Of a stretch of 64,000 nt of DNA, positions 35,905 through 45,219 are shown one piece after another. The position numbers and the translations under genes were made by a program. Each line of letters begins with the position of its first letter. Position 1 is the first letter of the stretch. Source of the stretch: Escherichia phage BEU50; sequence record OM632671.1. One strand, 5' to 3'. The notes under the pieces were generated by a model that saw nothing but the letters and a program-made list of their open reading frames with translations, searched no databases and was not told the origin of the DNA.

Positions 35905-37005
35905 ATGAAAGTTATGTTTATCCCATCTCGTGCAGTCCCATTTAATCCTGACCGTGTACAAGGTGGTCTTGAAGCGGTTCATTTGAACGTGTTGAAATAT
36001 TTAGTTTCTATCGGTGCCGATATTGATTATATCGGCTTTGATAATGACACGTTTGGTGACTGGAAAGTTACACACCATCCTGTTGGTCATCTGACTAAAT
36101 TCAGTCTAGGTATGAGTTATACTATGGCTCGTAAGATTGTTGAACTAGCCGGCATCCATGAATACGATTTTGTTGTTACTATGGAACCGACTAAACTAAC
36201 CGTTCAGGCAATTAAAGACGCAGGTCTCTCTAAAGTTCATAAGAATTTTATGGCAACACCATTTGAACCAGTATCTCGTGGCATTGTTCAAATTTGGGAC
36301 CAGACTATTCAAATTCATAAGAATGGCGGTAAGAGTTATGCTCCTACTAAAGCCTTCCGTGAATTTGAACGCAAATATTGTTATATGACTTCAGGTCTGA
36401 CTGACAAAATCGATTATGATTATTGGCGAGCAAATCCGTTGTTTGAAGCCGAAGATTATCCGGTTATTTGTTTGACTGAAAAGCCAGAAGTTCTCCCGGC
36501 AACTGATTTGATTATTAGTGCTCAACGTTATGACACTAAGATGCGTCGCACTGATGTTGCTCTTGAAGCAATTAAAGCACTAGGCGAAAATGGTGTAGGA
36601 TACTGTCCTAGTAAATGGGCACCACCAGCTAAATATCCTGTTATTATTGATGCTCCACACAGTGAAATCATGGAACGTCTTAAAACAGCTAAAGCACTTA
36701 TTAATACGTGTCCTGACACAGGTACGGTAGAGAATAGTTCTATTGAAGCCATCTCTAAAGGTGTCCCTGTAATCCAGTTAGTTTTTAAGGATTATCCTCA
36801 TGCGACATTTGAATACGACCCAGATACTGTGCGTGTAGAAATTGATTCCTCTACTCCTAAGAAAGAAGTAGTTGCGCTTTACACAAAAGCTGTATTAGAA
36901 TTCACTGACACATACGAAGCTCGAGTTAAACGTGCTGAAGCAGTATGGAAGAAGTATAATCGAGATGCAGTTGTTGCGATGTGGGATAAAATCTTCACAG
37001 CGTAA
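35905..37005 (+). CDS. GT-B fold glycosyltransferase (candidate DNA hydroxymethylcytosine sugar transferase)
   Basis: C-terminal GT-B/GT4-like motif TGTVENSSIEAISKGVPVIQ (compare EGFG..LEAMA.G.PVI); located between topoisomerase and rIIA. Confidence 0.6.
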   Translation: MKVMFIPSRAVPFNPDRVQGGLEAVHLNVLKYLVSIGADIDYIGFDNDTFGDWKVTHHPVGHLTKFSLGMSYTMARKIVELAGIHEYDFVVTMEPTKLTVQAIKDAGLSKVHKNFMATPFEPVSRGIVQIWDQTIQIHKNGGKSYAPTKAFREFERKYCYMTSGLTDKIDYDYWRANPLFEAEDYPVICLTEKPEVLPATDLIISAQRYDTKMRRTDVALEAIKALGENGVGYCPSKWAPPAKYPVIIDAPHSEIMERLKTAKALINTCPDTGTVENSSIEAISKGVPVIQLVFKDYPHATFEYDPDTVRVEIDSSTPKKEVVALYTKAVLEFTDTYEARVKRAEAVWKKYNRDAVVAMWDKIFTA

Positions 37006-37020
37006 ATCCTGAATAGCCTG

Positions 37021-37071
37021 AGGCACTATTACACATAAGATGATAGATTATATGGTCTTTAGTAATAGTGC
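37021..37071. repeat. Inverted repeat GGCACTATTAC / GTAATAGTGCC separated by 29 nt
   Basis: 11-bp perfect inverted repeat in the intergenic region after the glycosyltransferase gene. Confidence 0.5.
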
Positions 37072-37097
37072 CCTAGGAATCTACTGAAGAGAATATT

Positions 37098-37298
37098 ATG
37101 AGAACATATAACGTGGACTTGGAACTTTTTGATAAAGCAGTGCTCCGGGAATTCCGGCTTATCCAAAGATTTTTTGATATCGAATCAGCAGAGTCCTTTA
37201 AAGAACGCTTTAAAGAAATTCGATATAAAATACAAACCGATACAGCTACTAAAGAAGAACTTCTTGAAGTAGCAGAAATTTTTAAACGTAACTTGTGA
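37098..37298 (+). CDS. Small protein (66 aa) at the rIIA.1 position
   Basis: ORF with RBS GAAGAGAA. Confidence 0.3.
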   Translation: MRTYNVDLELFDKAVLREFRLIQRFFDIESAESFKERFKEIRYKIQTDTATKEELLEVAEIFKRNL

Positions 37299-37310
37299 TG
37301 AGAGAAAAAC

Positions 37311-39368
37311 ATGATTATCGAAACGGCTAAAGAAACGATTATTGGTTCTGGTGGTAAGAGCACAGCATTCACTATTCAAGGCAATAGCAAAGTTTATAAG
37401 ATTTTGTCTAATGACCTTTATACAAACAAAGAATTGGCTTGTGTACGTGAATTAATCACAAACTGTATCGATGGACAAATTCTTAATGGTTGCACTGATA
37501 AGTTTATTGTTCAGGCTCCAGGTCGTTTAGACCCACGTTTTGTAGTTCGAGACTTTGGTCCTGGTATGAGTGATTTCACCATTCGAGGTAATGACGAAGA
37601 GCCAGGAATCTATAACTCATATTTTGCTTCAACTAAAACATCGAGTAATGATTTCATTGGTGGATTCGGACTCGGCTCTAAAGCTCCATTAGCATATACT
37701 GATACGTTTAACATTACTTCTTATCATAATGGTGAAGTTCGTGGTTATGTAATTTATCAAGATGACAGTGGTCCACAAATTAAGCCAACCTTTGTAGATA
37801 AGATGGGCCCTGATGACCGTACGGGTGTAGAAGTAGTTGTGCCTGTTAACCCGGAAGATTTTGAAAAGTTCGCATCTGAAATTGCGTATGTTATGCGTCC
37901 TCTCGGCGATATTGCAGAAGTTCGTGGTGTTAAAGATATCAAATACTTCCCGGAATTCGATGATGTTTATTTAGCCAAGGAAGCTCCATGGGGTGAACGT
38001 GGTAATATCATGGCTGTTTATGGTGGTATTGTATATCCAATCGGAAGTGTTATTAAAGAACAAACATGGATGATGACGCGATGCACTACAGCTTATATCA
38101 AATTCCCTATGGGTGAACTAGATGTAGCCCCGTCTCGTGAAGCATTGTCATTTGATAAACGTACAGTAGCAAATATTCATAAACGTGTTGCAGAAATTGA
38201 TGCAAAATTATTTGCTGAAGATTCTAAGAAATGGATTGATTGTGAATATCCACGTCATGTATTCCGTGAAATCGATTCTCTTGGTTACTCTGCTCGTAAA
38301 TACATGGAAAAAGCCGGTTCTAATATTGAATCACTGAAATATTCTAAAGAACAACTAACTTATTCTGAGTTGTACAAACGTTTTAAAATGGGACCTGAAT
38401 GGTGCAACCTTGGCGTTGTATATGATATCGTTTCAGATCCACGACTTCGTCGTATTCGTGAAAGCGGAAGCTCGTCTGCAACTATTTCAATTAATAGCCT
38501 GCTAGGTATTAGTCGTAAGCATATTGATATTGTTATTGACGATGTGAAAGGCCGCGTACCAATGATGCGTGCTCTGAACGATGCTTTGACTTCCACCGAT
38601 GCATCAACACTCGTTGATAAGGTTCCTTCCGGACGGGGTAGTAGCGTATTATTCATTAACCCGGAAGATGAAGTTGCAATGAAACTTCTGGAACGATTAA
38701 AGGTTATTTTCGCTGGTGATAGCCTTAAATTTTATAAGACCTCTGAAATTCTTGCATTAGTTAAACCATGGATTGAAGTTAAAGAACGTTCATCGCAGCC
38801 TCGTCCTAAATCCCCAAGTGCTCATCGGTTCTTTAAGAATGAAAACGATGTTTGGGTATCAGAAGATCTCTTTATTCCGGCCGGTAAAGCTGATGAGATT
38901 CAAGGTTATGTTGTAATTCGTAATCGTTCTAACGCTGAATGTCTTGACGCAGATAAAGGTTGGTTGAACTATGATTCTAATTTCTTGACTCGTATTGCTG
39001 ATTTGTCAGGTATTAAAGAGTTCACTGTAGTCCGTCCACAGATTGCTAAGAAAGTTCGTAAACTTGGTGAAGTAGAATGCTTGTTCGAAAAATCAATTAA
39101 TGACTATATTACGCTAATTGATAAAGTGGATTATGATGAGTATGTATCACCAAGTCGTAGAGCACAGCCTTATTTGAATCATATTACTCGTAACGAAGAG
39201 CTTAACTTCCTTAGTAAGTATTTTAGCTCTAAGAACAAAGAAATCAGTAAAGACTTTGCAAAACTCTCAACAGTAAATAATCGCTGGGGATGGAATCGAT
39301 TCGCAGGTGCTGATAACAGAGACCTGAACAGGAAGTTAGAATTGTGCTTAAAGAGGACTCTTTTGTAG
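37311..39368 (+). CDS. rIIA: rIIA-like protein (GHKL ATPase fold), possibly C-terminally truncated at a breakpoint
   Basis: N-terminal MIIETAKET...[15 protein letters not shown] (GHKL motif I-like), GGFGLGSK (G-loop); 685 aa versus about 725 aa recalled for T4 rIIA; no rIIB follows. Confidence 0.55.
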   Translation: MIIETAKETIIGSGGKSTAFTIQGNSKVYKILSNDLYTNKELACVRELITNCIDGQILNGCTDKFIVQAPGRLDPRFVVRDFGPGMSDFTIRGNDEEPGIYNSYFASTKTSSNDFIGGFGLGSKAPLAYTDTFNITSYHNGEVRGYVIYQDDSGPQIKPTFVDKMGPDDRTGVEVVVPVNPEDFEKFASEIAYVMRPLGDIAEVRGVKDIKYFPEFDDVYLAKEAPWGERGNIMAVYGGIVYPIGSVIKEQTWMMTRCTTAYIKFPMGELDVAPSREALSFDKRTVANIHKRVAEIDAKLFAEDSKKWIDCEYPRHVFREIDSLGYSARKYMEKAGSNIESLKYSKEQLTYSELYKRFKMGPEWCNLGVVYDIVSDPRLRRIRESGSSSATISINSLLGISRKHIDIVIDDVKGRVPMMRALNDALTSTDASTLVDKVPSGRGSSVLFINPEDEVAMKLLERLKVIFAGDSLKFYKTSEILALVKPWIEVKERSSQPRPKSPSAHRFFKNENDVWVSEDLFIPAGKADEIQGYVVIRNRSNAECLDADKGWLNYDSNFLTRIADLSGIKEFTVVRPQIAKKVRKLGEVECLFEKSINDYITLIDKVDYDEYVSPSRRAQPYLNHITRNEELNFLSKYFSSKNKEISKDFAKLSTVNNRWGWNRFAGADNRDLNRKLELCLKRTLL

Positions 39369-39619
39369 ACCCAGAAATTTTCTACGGTTTGCGTGCCCGT
39401 GAAATTGAAATTGAGCCACAACCTACAGTTAAAATTGAAGGTGGTCAACACCTGAACGTTAACGTTCTGCGTCGTGAAACTCTGGAAGATGCAGTTAAGC
39501 ATCCGGAAAAATATCCGCAATTGACTATCCGTGTATCCGGTTATGCAGTTCGCTTTAACTCTCTGACTCCGGAACAGCAGCGCGACGTTATCGCTCGTAC
39601 CTTTACCGAGAGTTTGTAA
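39344..39619 (+). CDS. GrcA/YfiD-like autonomous glycyl-radical domain (3' portion of gene; N-terminal part not present upstream)
   Basis: C-terminal about 60 aa ...[60 protein letters not shown] is near-identical to E. coli GrcA as I recall it, including the glycyl-radical motif RVSGYAV; host-like GC-rich codons. Confidence 0.6.
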   Translation: MLKEDSFVDPEIFYGLRAREIEIEPQPTVKIEGGQHLNVNVLRRETLEDAVKHPEKYPQLTIRVSGYAVRFNSLTPEQQRDVIARTFTESL

Positions 39620-39840
39620 TGGCAAAGATAATTATTGAAGGTTCTGAAGATGTGCTAAATGCTTTCGCCGAGTGGTTTAGTAATTCAGGTGAACAACAAT
39701 TTAATGAAGCGTGGAATATGGGTGATATTGATGGAATTTATCCTACGACAGAAATTTCTGTTCAGGGATATGGCATTCATGAACCTATTCGTTTAGTTGA
39801 ATACGATTTATGTACTGGCGAGGAAGTCAAATATGATTGA
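39619..39840 (+). CDS. Hypothetical protein (73 aa)
   Basis: ATG overlapping upstream stop. Confidence 0.3.
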   Translation: MAKIIIEGSEDVLNAFAEWFSNSGEQQFNEAWNMGDIDGIYPTTEISVQGYGIHEPIRLVEYDLCTGEEVKYD

Positions 39841-40099
39841 AGATATTAAGGGTTATAAACCACATACCGACGAAAAAATCGGTAAAGTAAATGCTATTAA
39901 AGACGCTGAAGTTCGTTTAGGACTTATCTTTGATGCTTTATACGATGAATTTTGGGAAGCATTTGATAGCTGTGAAGATGATGAACTCGCGAAGAATTAC
40001 GCCGAAAGCCTCGATCAGTTAACTATTGCTAAAACGAAACTCAAAGAAGCAAGTATGTGGGCTTGCCGTGCTGTGTTCCAACCAGAGGAAAAATACTAA
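39833..40099 (+). CDS. Hypothetical protein (88 aa)
   Basis: ATGA start/stop overlap with previous ORF. Confidence 0.3.
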   Translation: MIEDIKGYKPHTDEKIGKVNAIKDAEVRLGLIFDALYDEFWEAFDSCEDDELAKNYAESLDQLTIAKTKLKEASMWACRAVFQPEEKY

Positions 40100-40377
40100 T
40101 GGCTCAATTAAGCGCAGGGTTTGGTTATGAGTATTATACTGCCCCTCGTCGTGTATCTGTTGCTCCTAAGAAAATTCAAAGTCTTGATGATTTCCAGGAA
40201 GTAGTCCGTAACGCTTTCCAGGACTATGCACGCTATCTTAAAGAAGATTCACAGGACTGTCTCGAAGAAGATGAAATTGCTTACTATACGCAGCGTCTTG
40301 AACAGCTCAAAAATCTACATGAGGTTCGTGCCGAAGTTTCAAAGTCTATGAATAAATTGATTAGATTTAAAGAATAA
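40099..40377 (+). CDS. Hypothetical protein (92 aa)
   Basis: ATG overlapping upstream stop. Confidence 0.3.
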   Translation: MAQLSAGFGYEYYTAPRRVSVAPKKIQSLDDFQEVVRNAFQDYARYLKEDSQDCLEEDEIAYYTQRLEQLKNLHEVRAEVSKSMNKLIRFKE

Positions 40378-40379
40378 CT

Positions 40380-40409
40380 GTTTACTTTTCCTCTTGACTG
40401 TGGTATAAT
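40380..40409 (+). promoter_or_regulatory. Early promoter (GTTTAC, 18 nt, TATAAT)
   Basis: Upstream of regB. Confidence 0.4.
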
Positions 40410-40436
40410 TTTTCTATCAGTTAAGAGGAGAATAAC

Positions 40437-40898
40437 ATGACTATCAACACAGAAGTTTTTATCCGTCGAAATAAGCTTCGTCGTCACTTTGAGTCGGAGT
40501 TTCGTCAAATTAACAATGAGATTCGTGAGGCATCAAAAGCAGCAGGGGTCTCATCGTTTCATCTAAAATATTCTCAGCATCTTCTTGATCGTGCAATTCA
40601 ACGGGAGATTGATGAGACATATGTTTTTGAATTATTCCACAAAATAAAAGACCATGTTTTAGAAGTTAATGAATTCCTGAGTATGCCTCCGCGTCCTGAC
40701 ATTGATGAGGATTTTATTGATGGGGTTGAATACCGTCCTGGACGTTTAGAAATCACAGATGGAAATCTTTGGCTTGGATTTACAGTTTGTAAACCTAATG
40801 CGAAGTTCAAAGACCCGTCGCTTCAATGCAGGATGGCAATTATCAATAGTCGTCGTTTACCAGGAAAGGCTTCTAAAGCAGTAATTAAAACTCAATGA
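40437..40898 (+). CDS. regB: Endoribonuclease RegB-like (153 aa)
   Basis: Length and sequence fit T4 RegB as I recall it; position upstream of tk. Confidence 0.6.
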   Translation: MTINTEVFIRRNKLRRHFESEFRQINNEIREASKAAGVSSFHLKYSQHLLDRAIQREIDETYVFELFHKIKDHVLEVNEFLSMPPRPDIDEDFIDGVEYRPGRLEITDGNLWLGFTVCKPNAKFKDPSLQCRMAIINSRRLPGKASKAVIKTQ

Positions 40899-40905
40899 GG
40901 TAAGC

Positions 40906-41451
40906 ATGAGAAAAGCACTACTCGCTGGTCTATTGGCCATTTCAATGATGGCACATAGCTCCGAGCATACTTTCAGTAATGTCCAACTCGATAACATGCG
41001 TTACGCGTATCAATTCGGGGAACAATTTTCTAAGGATGGAAAATATAAAACACACAAAAACATCCACAAGAGCGGATTGGGTCATATAATGGCTGCTATT
41101 TTGTGGCAAGAAAGCTCTGCCGGAGTTAATTTAAAATCTAAACCAAAGCATCACGCCTACGGAATGTTCCAAAATTATTTGCCTACTATGCGAGCGAGAG
41201 TTAAGGAACTTGGTTATAATATGACCGATGCTGAAATAAAAAGAATGTTGAATAAACGATCCAATTCAGCTTCCTGGGCGTACATTGAACTTTCTTATTG
41301 GTTAAATATACATAAGGGCGATATAAGAAAAGCAATATCCTCTTATAATTCGGGATGGAATGTTAAAGCAGGTTCTAAATATGCTTCTGAAGTCCTAGAA
41401 AAGGCTAATTACCTTAAAAATAATAAACTTTTGGAAATAGTAAATGACTAA
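40906..41451 (+). CDS. Secreted lytic transglycosylase-like protein (SLT-like motifs)
   Basis: Signal peptide MRKALLAGLLAISMMAHS; ILWQESSAG ... AYGMFQ ... SYNSGW resemble SLT family E-S / GLMQ / AYNAG motifs. Confidence 0.45.
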   Translation: MRKALLAGLLAISMMAHSSEHTFSNVQLDNMRYAYQFGEQFSKDGKYKTHKNIHKSGLGHIMAAILWQESSAGVNLKSKPKHHAYGMFQNYLPTMRARVKELGYNMTDAEIKRMLNKRSNSASWAYIELSYWLNIHKGDIRKAISSYNSGWNVKAGSKYASEVLEKANYLKNNKLLEIVND

Positions 41452-41785
41452 AATTTTGGTTTTATGTATAGGATTAATTTCATTTTCTGCGTTAGCAGAT
41501 ACATCATATACTGAAATTAGAGAGTATGTAAACCGTACTGCAGCGGATTATTGCGGGAAAAATAAAGCATGCCAAGCTGAATTTGCGCAGAAATTAATAT
41601 ATGCATATAAAGACGGAGAAAGAGATAAATCAAGCAGATACAAAAATGATACATTGTTAAAACGATATGCTAAAAAGTGGAATACCTTAGAATGTTCAGT
41701 TGCGGAGGAGAAAGATAAAGCCGCTTGTCATTCAATGGTTGACCGTTTAGTAGATTCTTATAATCGAGGATTGAGTACTAGATGA
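41444..41785 (+). CDS. Secreted small protein with four Cys (113 aa)
   Basis: Signal peptide MTKILVLCIGLISFSALA. Confidence 0.35.
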   Translation: MTKILVLCIGLISFSALADTSYTEIREYVNRTAADYCGKNKACQAEFAQKLIYAYKDGERDKSSRYKNDTLLKRYAKKWNTLECSVAEEKDKAACHSMVDRLVDSYNRGLSTR

Positions 41786-42261
41786 TTGTAAAATATATCA
41801 AGGGCGATATTGTCGCCCTATTTCTTCAAGGTAATATTATTGCGCACGGGTGCAATTGCTTCCACACAATGGGCTCTGGCGTAGCAGGTCAATTAGCAAG
41901 AGCCTATCCCAAAATTTTAGAAATAGATAAAACCACTACCGAGTACGGTTCTCGTGATAAATTAGGCGATATGTCTATTGTTTTTAAACATAGTCCTACG
42001 GGATTTGGTATATGCTATAACCTGTATACACAATACGAACCGGGTCCTAATCTTGATTATGGTGCTTTAGTAAACTGCATGATAGAATTAAATCTACAGG
42101 CAGAAACCCTTTTGTTTAAACCAGTAATTTACATTCCACGCATAGGTTGCGGTATTGCTGGTGGTGATTGGGATAAGGTTTCTAAATTAATCGACATGTT
42201 TACTCCTGATATTGATTTAATAGTGGTGGATTATGAAAGTACATTACCCGCATCCGTTTGA
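41782..42261 (+). CDS. Macro-domain-like protein (ADP-ribose binding/processing)
   Basis: GDIVALFLQGNIIAHGCNCFHTMGSGVAGQLARAYP resembles the macro-domain N-terminal signature (GDIT...VNAAN..L.GGGV.GAI); later PRIGCGIAGGDWDKV. Confidence 0.5.
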   Translation: MIVKYIKGDIVALFLQGNIIAHGCNCFHTMGSGVAGQLARAYPKILEIDKTTTEYGSRDKLGDMSIVFKHSPTGFGICYNLYTQYEPGPNLDYGALVNCMIELNLQAETLLFKPVIYIPRIGCGIAGGDWDKVSKLIDMFTPDIDLIVVDYESTLPASV

Positions 42262-43009
42262 TCCTAAAAACAAAGTGGAAATTATTCGTCAATGGGAACG
42301 CATTTGCCGTACTAAATGCCCAATTAATAGTCCACATGATGTAGATAAAGACTATATTGGAACATTCGTTGAATATACCTTTATTGATAGGAAAGGTCGT
42401 AAACAACATGTAGAAGAATATTGTTTAAAGGTTACATGGTTATGAGCCAAACTAGTATTCTTAAAAATGCCCATTGTGAAAAGTGTAAGTGGCCGATTGT
42501 TTTTGCTTTATGTAATGATGAAATGGCTTGTGATTTCGATTATTGGTGCTATTGTTCTAATAAAGGATGCATCAATCATAAAGGTGAAGGATTTTATTCA
42601 GGATTTTATCCTTATCCTGATTTCGTTAAAGAAGGTAAACCGAAATGAATAGTTTTGAGTTACAATATGAAGTGTTACGTGAGCTTGATAATTTAATTGA
42701 ACTCGCTGTCAATAAAGGTTTTGCCATTGGAATCGGTCAAAAAGATACTGGTCATTTAACTATGGAAATATTTAAGCAAAAGCGAATTATTTTAAAACTC
42801 CTGGAAATTAATATATGAGTCTGAGTAAAGAATAAAAAGATAAATTGTTTGAGCTTATCCATGAACTTCTAGATGAGCATGCAGAAGCAAACACCTTTTA
42901 TGATGAATACGGCCCGCTATCTCCCGAACAGCAAGAAGAATTTGCTGATCGGTTTGATAAGAAAGAAAACGAATTAATAGCTTATGTGAATATGCTTTAA
43001 GAAGGTGAT

Positions 43010-43591
43010 ATGGCGAGTTTAATTTTTACTTACGCAGCAATGAATGCTGGAAAATCTGCTTCTCTTTTGACTGCTGCACATAATTATAAAGAACGCGGAA
43101 TGAGTGTATTAGTTCTTAAGCCTGCTATTGATACTCGCGATTCTGTCTGTGAAGTCGTTTCTCGCATTGGAATTAAGCAGGAAGCGAATATTATTACAGA
43201 TGATATGGATATTTTCGAGTTCTATAAATGGGCTGAAGCACAAAAAGATATTCATTGCGTATTTGTAGATGAAGCTCAGTTTTTAAAAACTGAACAGGTG
43301 CATCAATTAAGTCGAATTGTTGATACATATAATGTTCCTGTTATGGCTTATGGATTAAGGACTGATTTCGCTGGAAAATTGTTTGAAGGTTCTAAAGAAC
43401 TTTTAGCGATTGCAGATAAACTTATTGAACTAAAGGCAGTTTGTCATTGCGGCAAAAAAGCGATTATGACAGCTCGATTAATGGAAGATGGAACACCAGT
43501 TAAAGAAGGTAATCAAATCTGTATTGGTGATGAAATTTATGTTTCTTTGTGTAGAAAACATTGGAACGAATTAACTAAAAAGCTCGGTTAG
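43010..43591 (+). CDS. tk: Thymidine kinase
   Basis: Walker A AAMNAGKSASLL, DEAQF, C-terminal zinc-binding CHCG...C..H; 193 aa. Confidence 0.9.
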   Translation: MASLIFTYAAMNAGKSASLLTAAHNYKERGMSVLVLKPAIDTRDSVCEVVSRIGIKQEANIITDDMDIFEFYKWAEAQKDIHCVFVDEAQFLKTEQVHQLSRIVDTYNVPVMAYGLRTDFAGKLFEGSKELLAIADKLIELKAVCHCGKKAIMTARLMEDGTPVKEGNQICIGDEIYVSLCRKHWNELTKKLG

Positions 43592-43600
43592 TGCAAAAGT

Positions 43601-43608
43601 TATAAATA
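43601..43608 (+). promoter_or_regulatory. Late promoter TATAAATA
   Basis: Exact octamer 26 nt upstream of the 43634 ATG. Confidence 0.4.
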
Positions 43609-43633
43609 GGTTTATCTAACTAAAGGGGTATAT

Positions 43634-43846
43634 ATGCTACAATTAACTGAAAAGCAACTTCGCAATCTTACTGTTCTTCAATTAGATGAAATTCGTAGGG
43701 AAGTTGGAAATATCATTTCAGCTTTGCGTCGAGAAGTATCACTCAACCAATCTCCGGCAGACTATACTAGATTGCGAAATTTTGAAAAATACCTTGATAA
43801 AGTTAAGGCCGTGCATCGGCATAAAGTAAATACAGGACAAAAATGA
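43634..43846 (+). CDS. Hypothetical protein (70 aa)
   Basis: ORF with RBS AAAGGGG. Confidence 0.3.
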
Positions 43847-43858
43847 TAGGAGGCCTTT

Positions 43859-44152
43859 ATGGCCTTAAAAGCAACGGCACTATTTGCCATGCTAGGATTA
43901 GCGTTTGCTTTATCTCCATCGATTGAAGCGAATGTCGATCCTCATTTTGATAAATTTATGGAATCTGGTATTAGACACGTTTATATGCTTTTTGAAAATA
44001 AAAGCGTAGAATCATCTGAACAGTTCTATAGTTTTATGCGAACGACTTATAAAAATGACCCGTGCTCTTCTGATTTTGAATGTATAGAGCGAGGCGCGGA
44101 GATGGCACAATCATACGCTAGAATTATGAACATTAAATTGGAGACTGAATGA
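43859..44152 (+). CDS. Secreted hypothetical protein (97 aa)
   Basis: Signal peptide MALKATALFAMLGLAFALSPSIEA. Confidence 0.35.
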   Translation: MALKATALFAMLGLAFALSPSIEANVDPHFDKFMESGIRHVYMLFENKSVESSEQFYSFMRTTYKNDPCSSDFECIERGAEMAQSYARIMNIKLETE

Positions 44153-44535
44153 AATTCAGCGACTTTTCACAAAGTGGAAAACCTTCAAAGGCAGATGAAT
44201 ACTTAGGTTTATTAATGGCTGCACAAGCTTATTTTCATTCTGCGCATTTTGAAACTAAAAGTTATGCTAGACACAAAGCATACGATTTTATTTTCTCCGA
44301 GTTGCCAGATTTGATTGATAAATTTGGTGAGCAATATTTGGGGTATTCTGGTAGAAAATACACACCTTCAATTCCAGATGCTAGTAAACTTCCTACCGAC
44401 ACAATTAAAATGATTGATCGCATACTAGACCAATCTAACAGCATTTATAAAGAAATGCCTCCAGCCATTCAAAGCACGATAGATGATATCACTGGGATGT
44501 TTTATCAGAGTAAATATCTTCTTTCCCTCGAATAA
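44149..44535 (+). CDS. Hypothetical protein (128 aa)
   Basis: ORF with ATGA overlap. Confidence 0.35.
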
Positions 44536-44539
44536 CGTT

Positions 44540-44563
44540 AGTCTCCTTCGGGAGACTTTTTTC
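44540..44563 (+). terminator. Intrinsic terminator (AGUCUCC-UUCG-GGAGACU followed by U6)
   Basis: 7-bp stem, UUCG loop, T6. Confidence 0.7.
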
Positions 44564-44572
44564 ATTTTACCG

Positions 44573-44602
44573 GTTTACTTTCCATTTGAGCTGTGATACT
44601 AT
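44573..44602 (+). promoter_or_regulatory. Early promoter (GTTTAC, 18 nt, TACTAT)
   Basis: Immediately after the terminator, upstream of the 44631 ATG. Confidence 0.4.
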
Positions 44603-44630
44603 ACAACCATCGGATAAAGAGGAGAACATC

Positions 44631-44819
44631 ATGAAAATTGAAGCACTTAATCAAGAAGGAAATATCTACGTCATCATTAATGGTGATTTTTTCGTCGACA
44701 TGGATGAAGTTACCAGTGAAGAACTTGTAGAACTTCTTAAGAAACGTTATAATATGTGTGATGAAGTTGCAACTCACATGGCGTGTGCAATATTCTCTCT
44801 TTCATATGTGGTGGAATAA
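44631..44819 (+). CDS. Hypothetical protein (62 aa)
   Basis: ATG preceded by AAGAGGAGAA. Confidence 0.3.
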
Positions 44820-45022
44820 TGAAAACTGAAAAGCAAGCGGATAAAATTAAGGAATTAGTGGCTTCAATTCGTAAAGCAGATGAAGAGCTGATTGACTTTG
44901 CTTGGTATTCATCGGGTATTTCGAATAAAGGCATTAAAGACTTTGAAACTAAAGTTGATAATGCTTTAGAAGCGTTAGATATGTTTCTTGATGAAATTAT
45001 CGATCATAATACGAGAGTTTAA
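44819..45022 (+). CDS. Hypothetical protein (67 aa), starts MKTEKQ within a 26-nt repeat
   Basis: ATG embedded in GGTGGAATAATGAAAACTGAAAAGCA. Confidence 0.3.
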   Translation: MKTEKQADKIKELVASIRKADEELIDFAWYSSGISNKGIKDFETKVDNALEALDMFLDEIIDHNTRV

Positions 45023-45024
45023 GT

Positions 45025-45219
45025 ATGCTAACACGTGAACAGTTTGAAAAAATCATTAAATTAGCACGTGATGTTGAAATAGATTCATATCAATTAGCAG
45101 TTGAGCATTGTGAAGGATATTCATACGATGGTATAGAATCAGCTAAAAGGGATTTGGATAAATCTAAAGCTAAGTTAGTCCAATATCTTGAAATGATTAG
45201 GTGGAATAATGAAAACTGA
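45025..45219 (+). CDS. Hypothetical protein (64 aa)
   Basis: ORF following 44819..45022. Confidence 0.3.
   Translation: MLTREQFEKIIKLARDVEIDSYQLAVEHCEGYSYDGIESAKRDLDKSKAKLVQYLEMIRWNNEN

Noticed and set aside
37073-37379. Minus-strand ORFs 37073..37372 and 37185..37379
   Set aside because: Overlap plus-strand genes with good RBSs and better coding character; no minus-strand promoter or RBS
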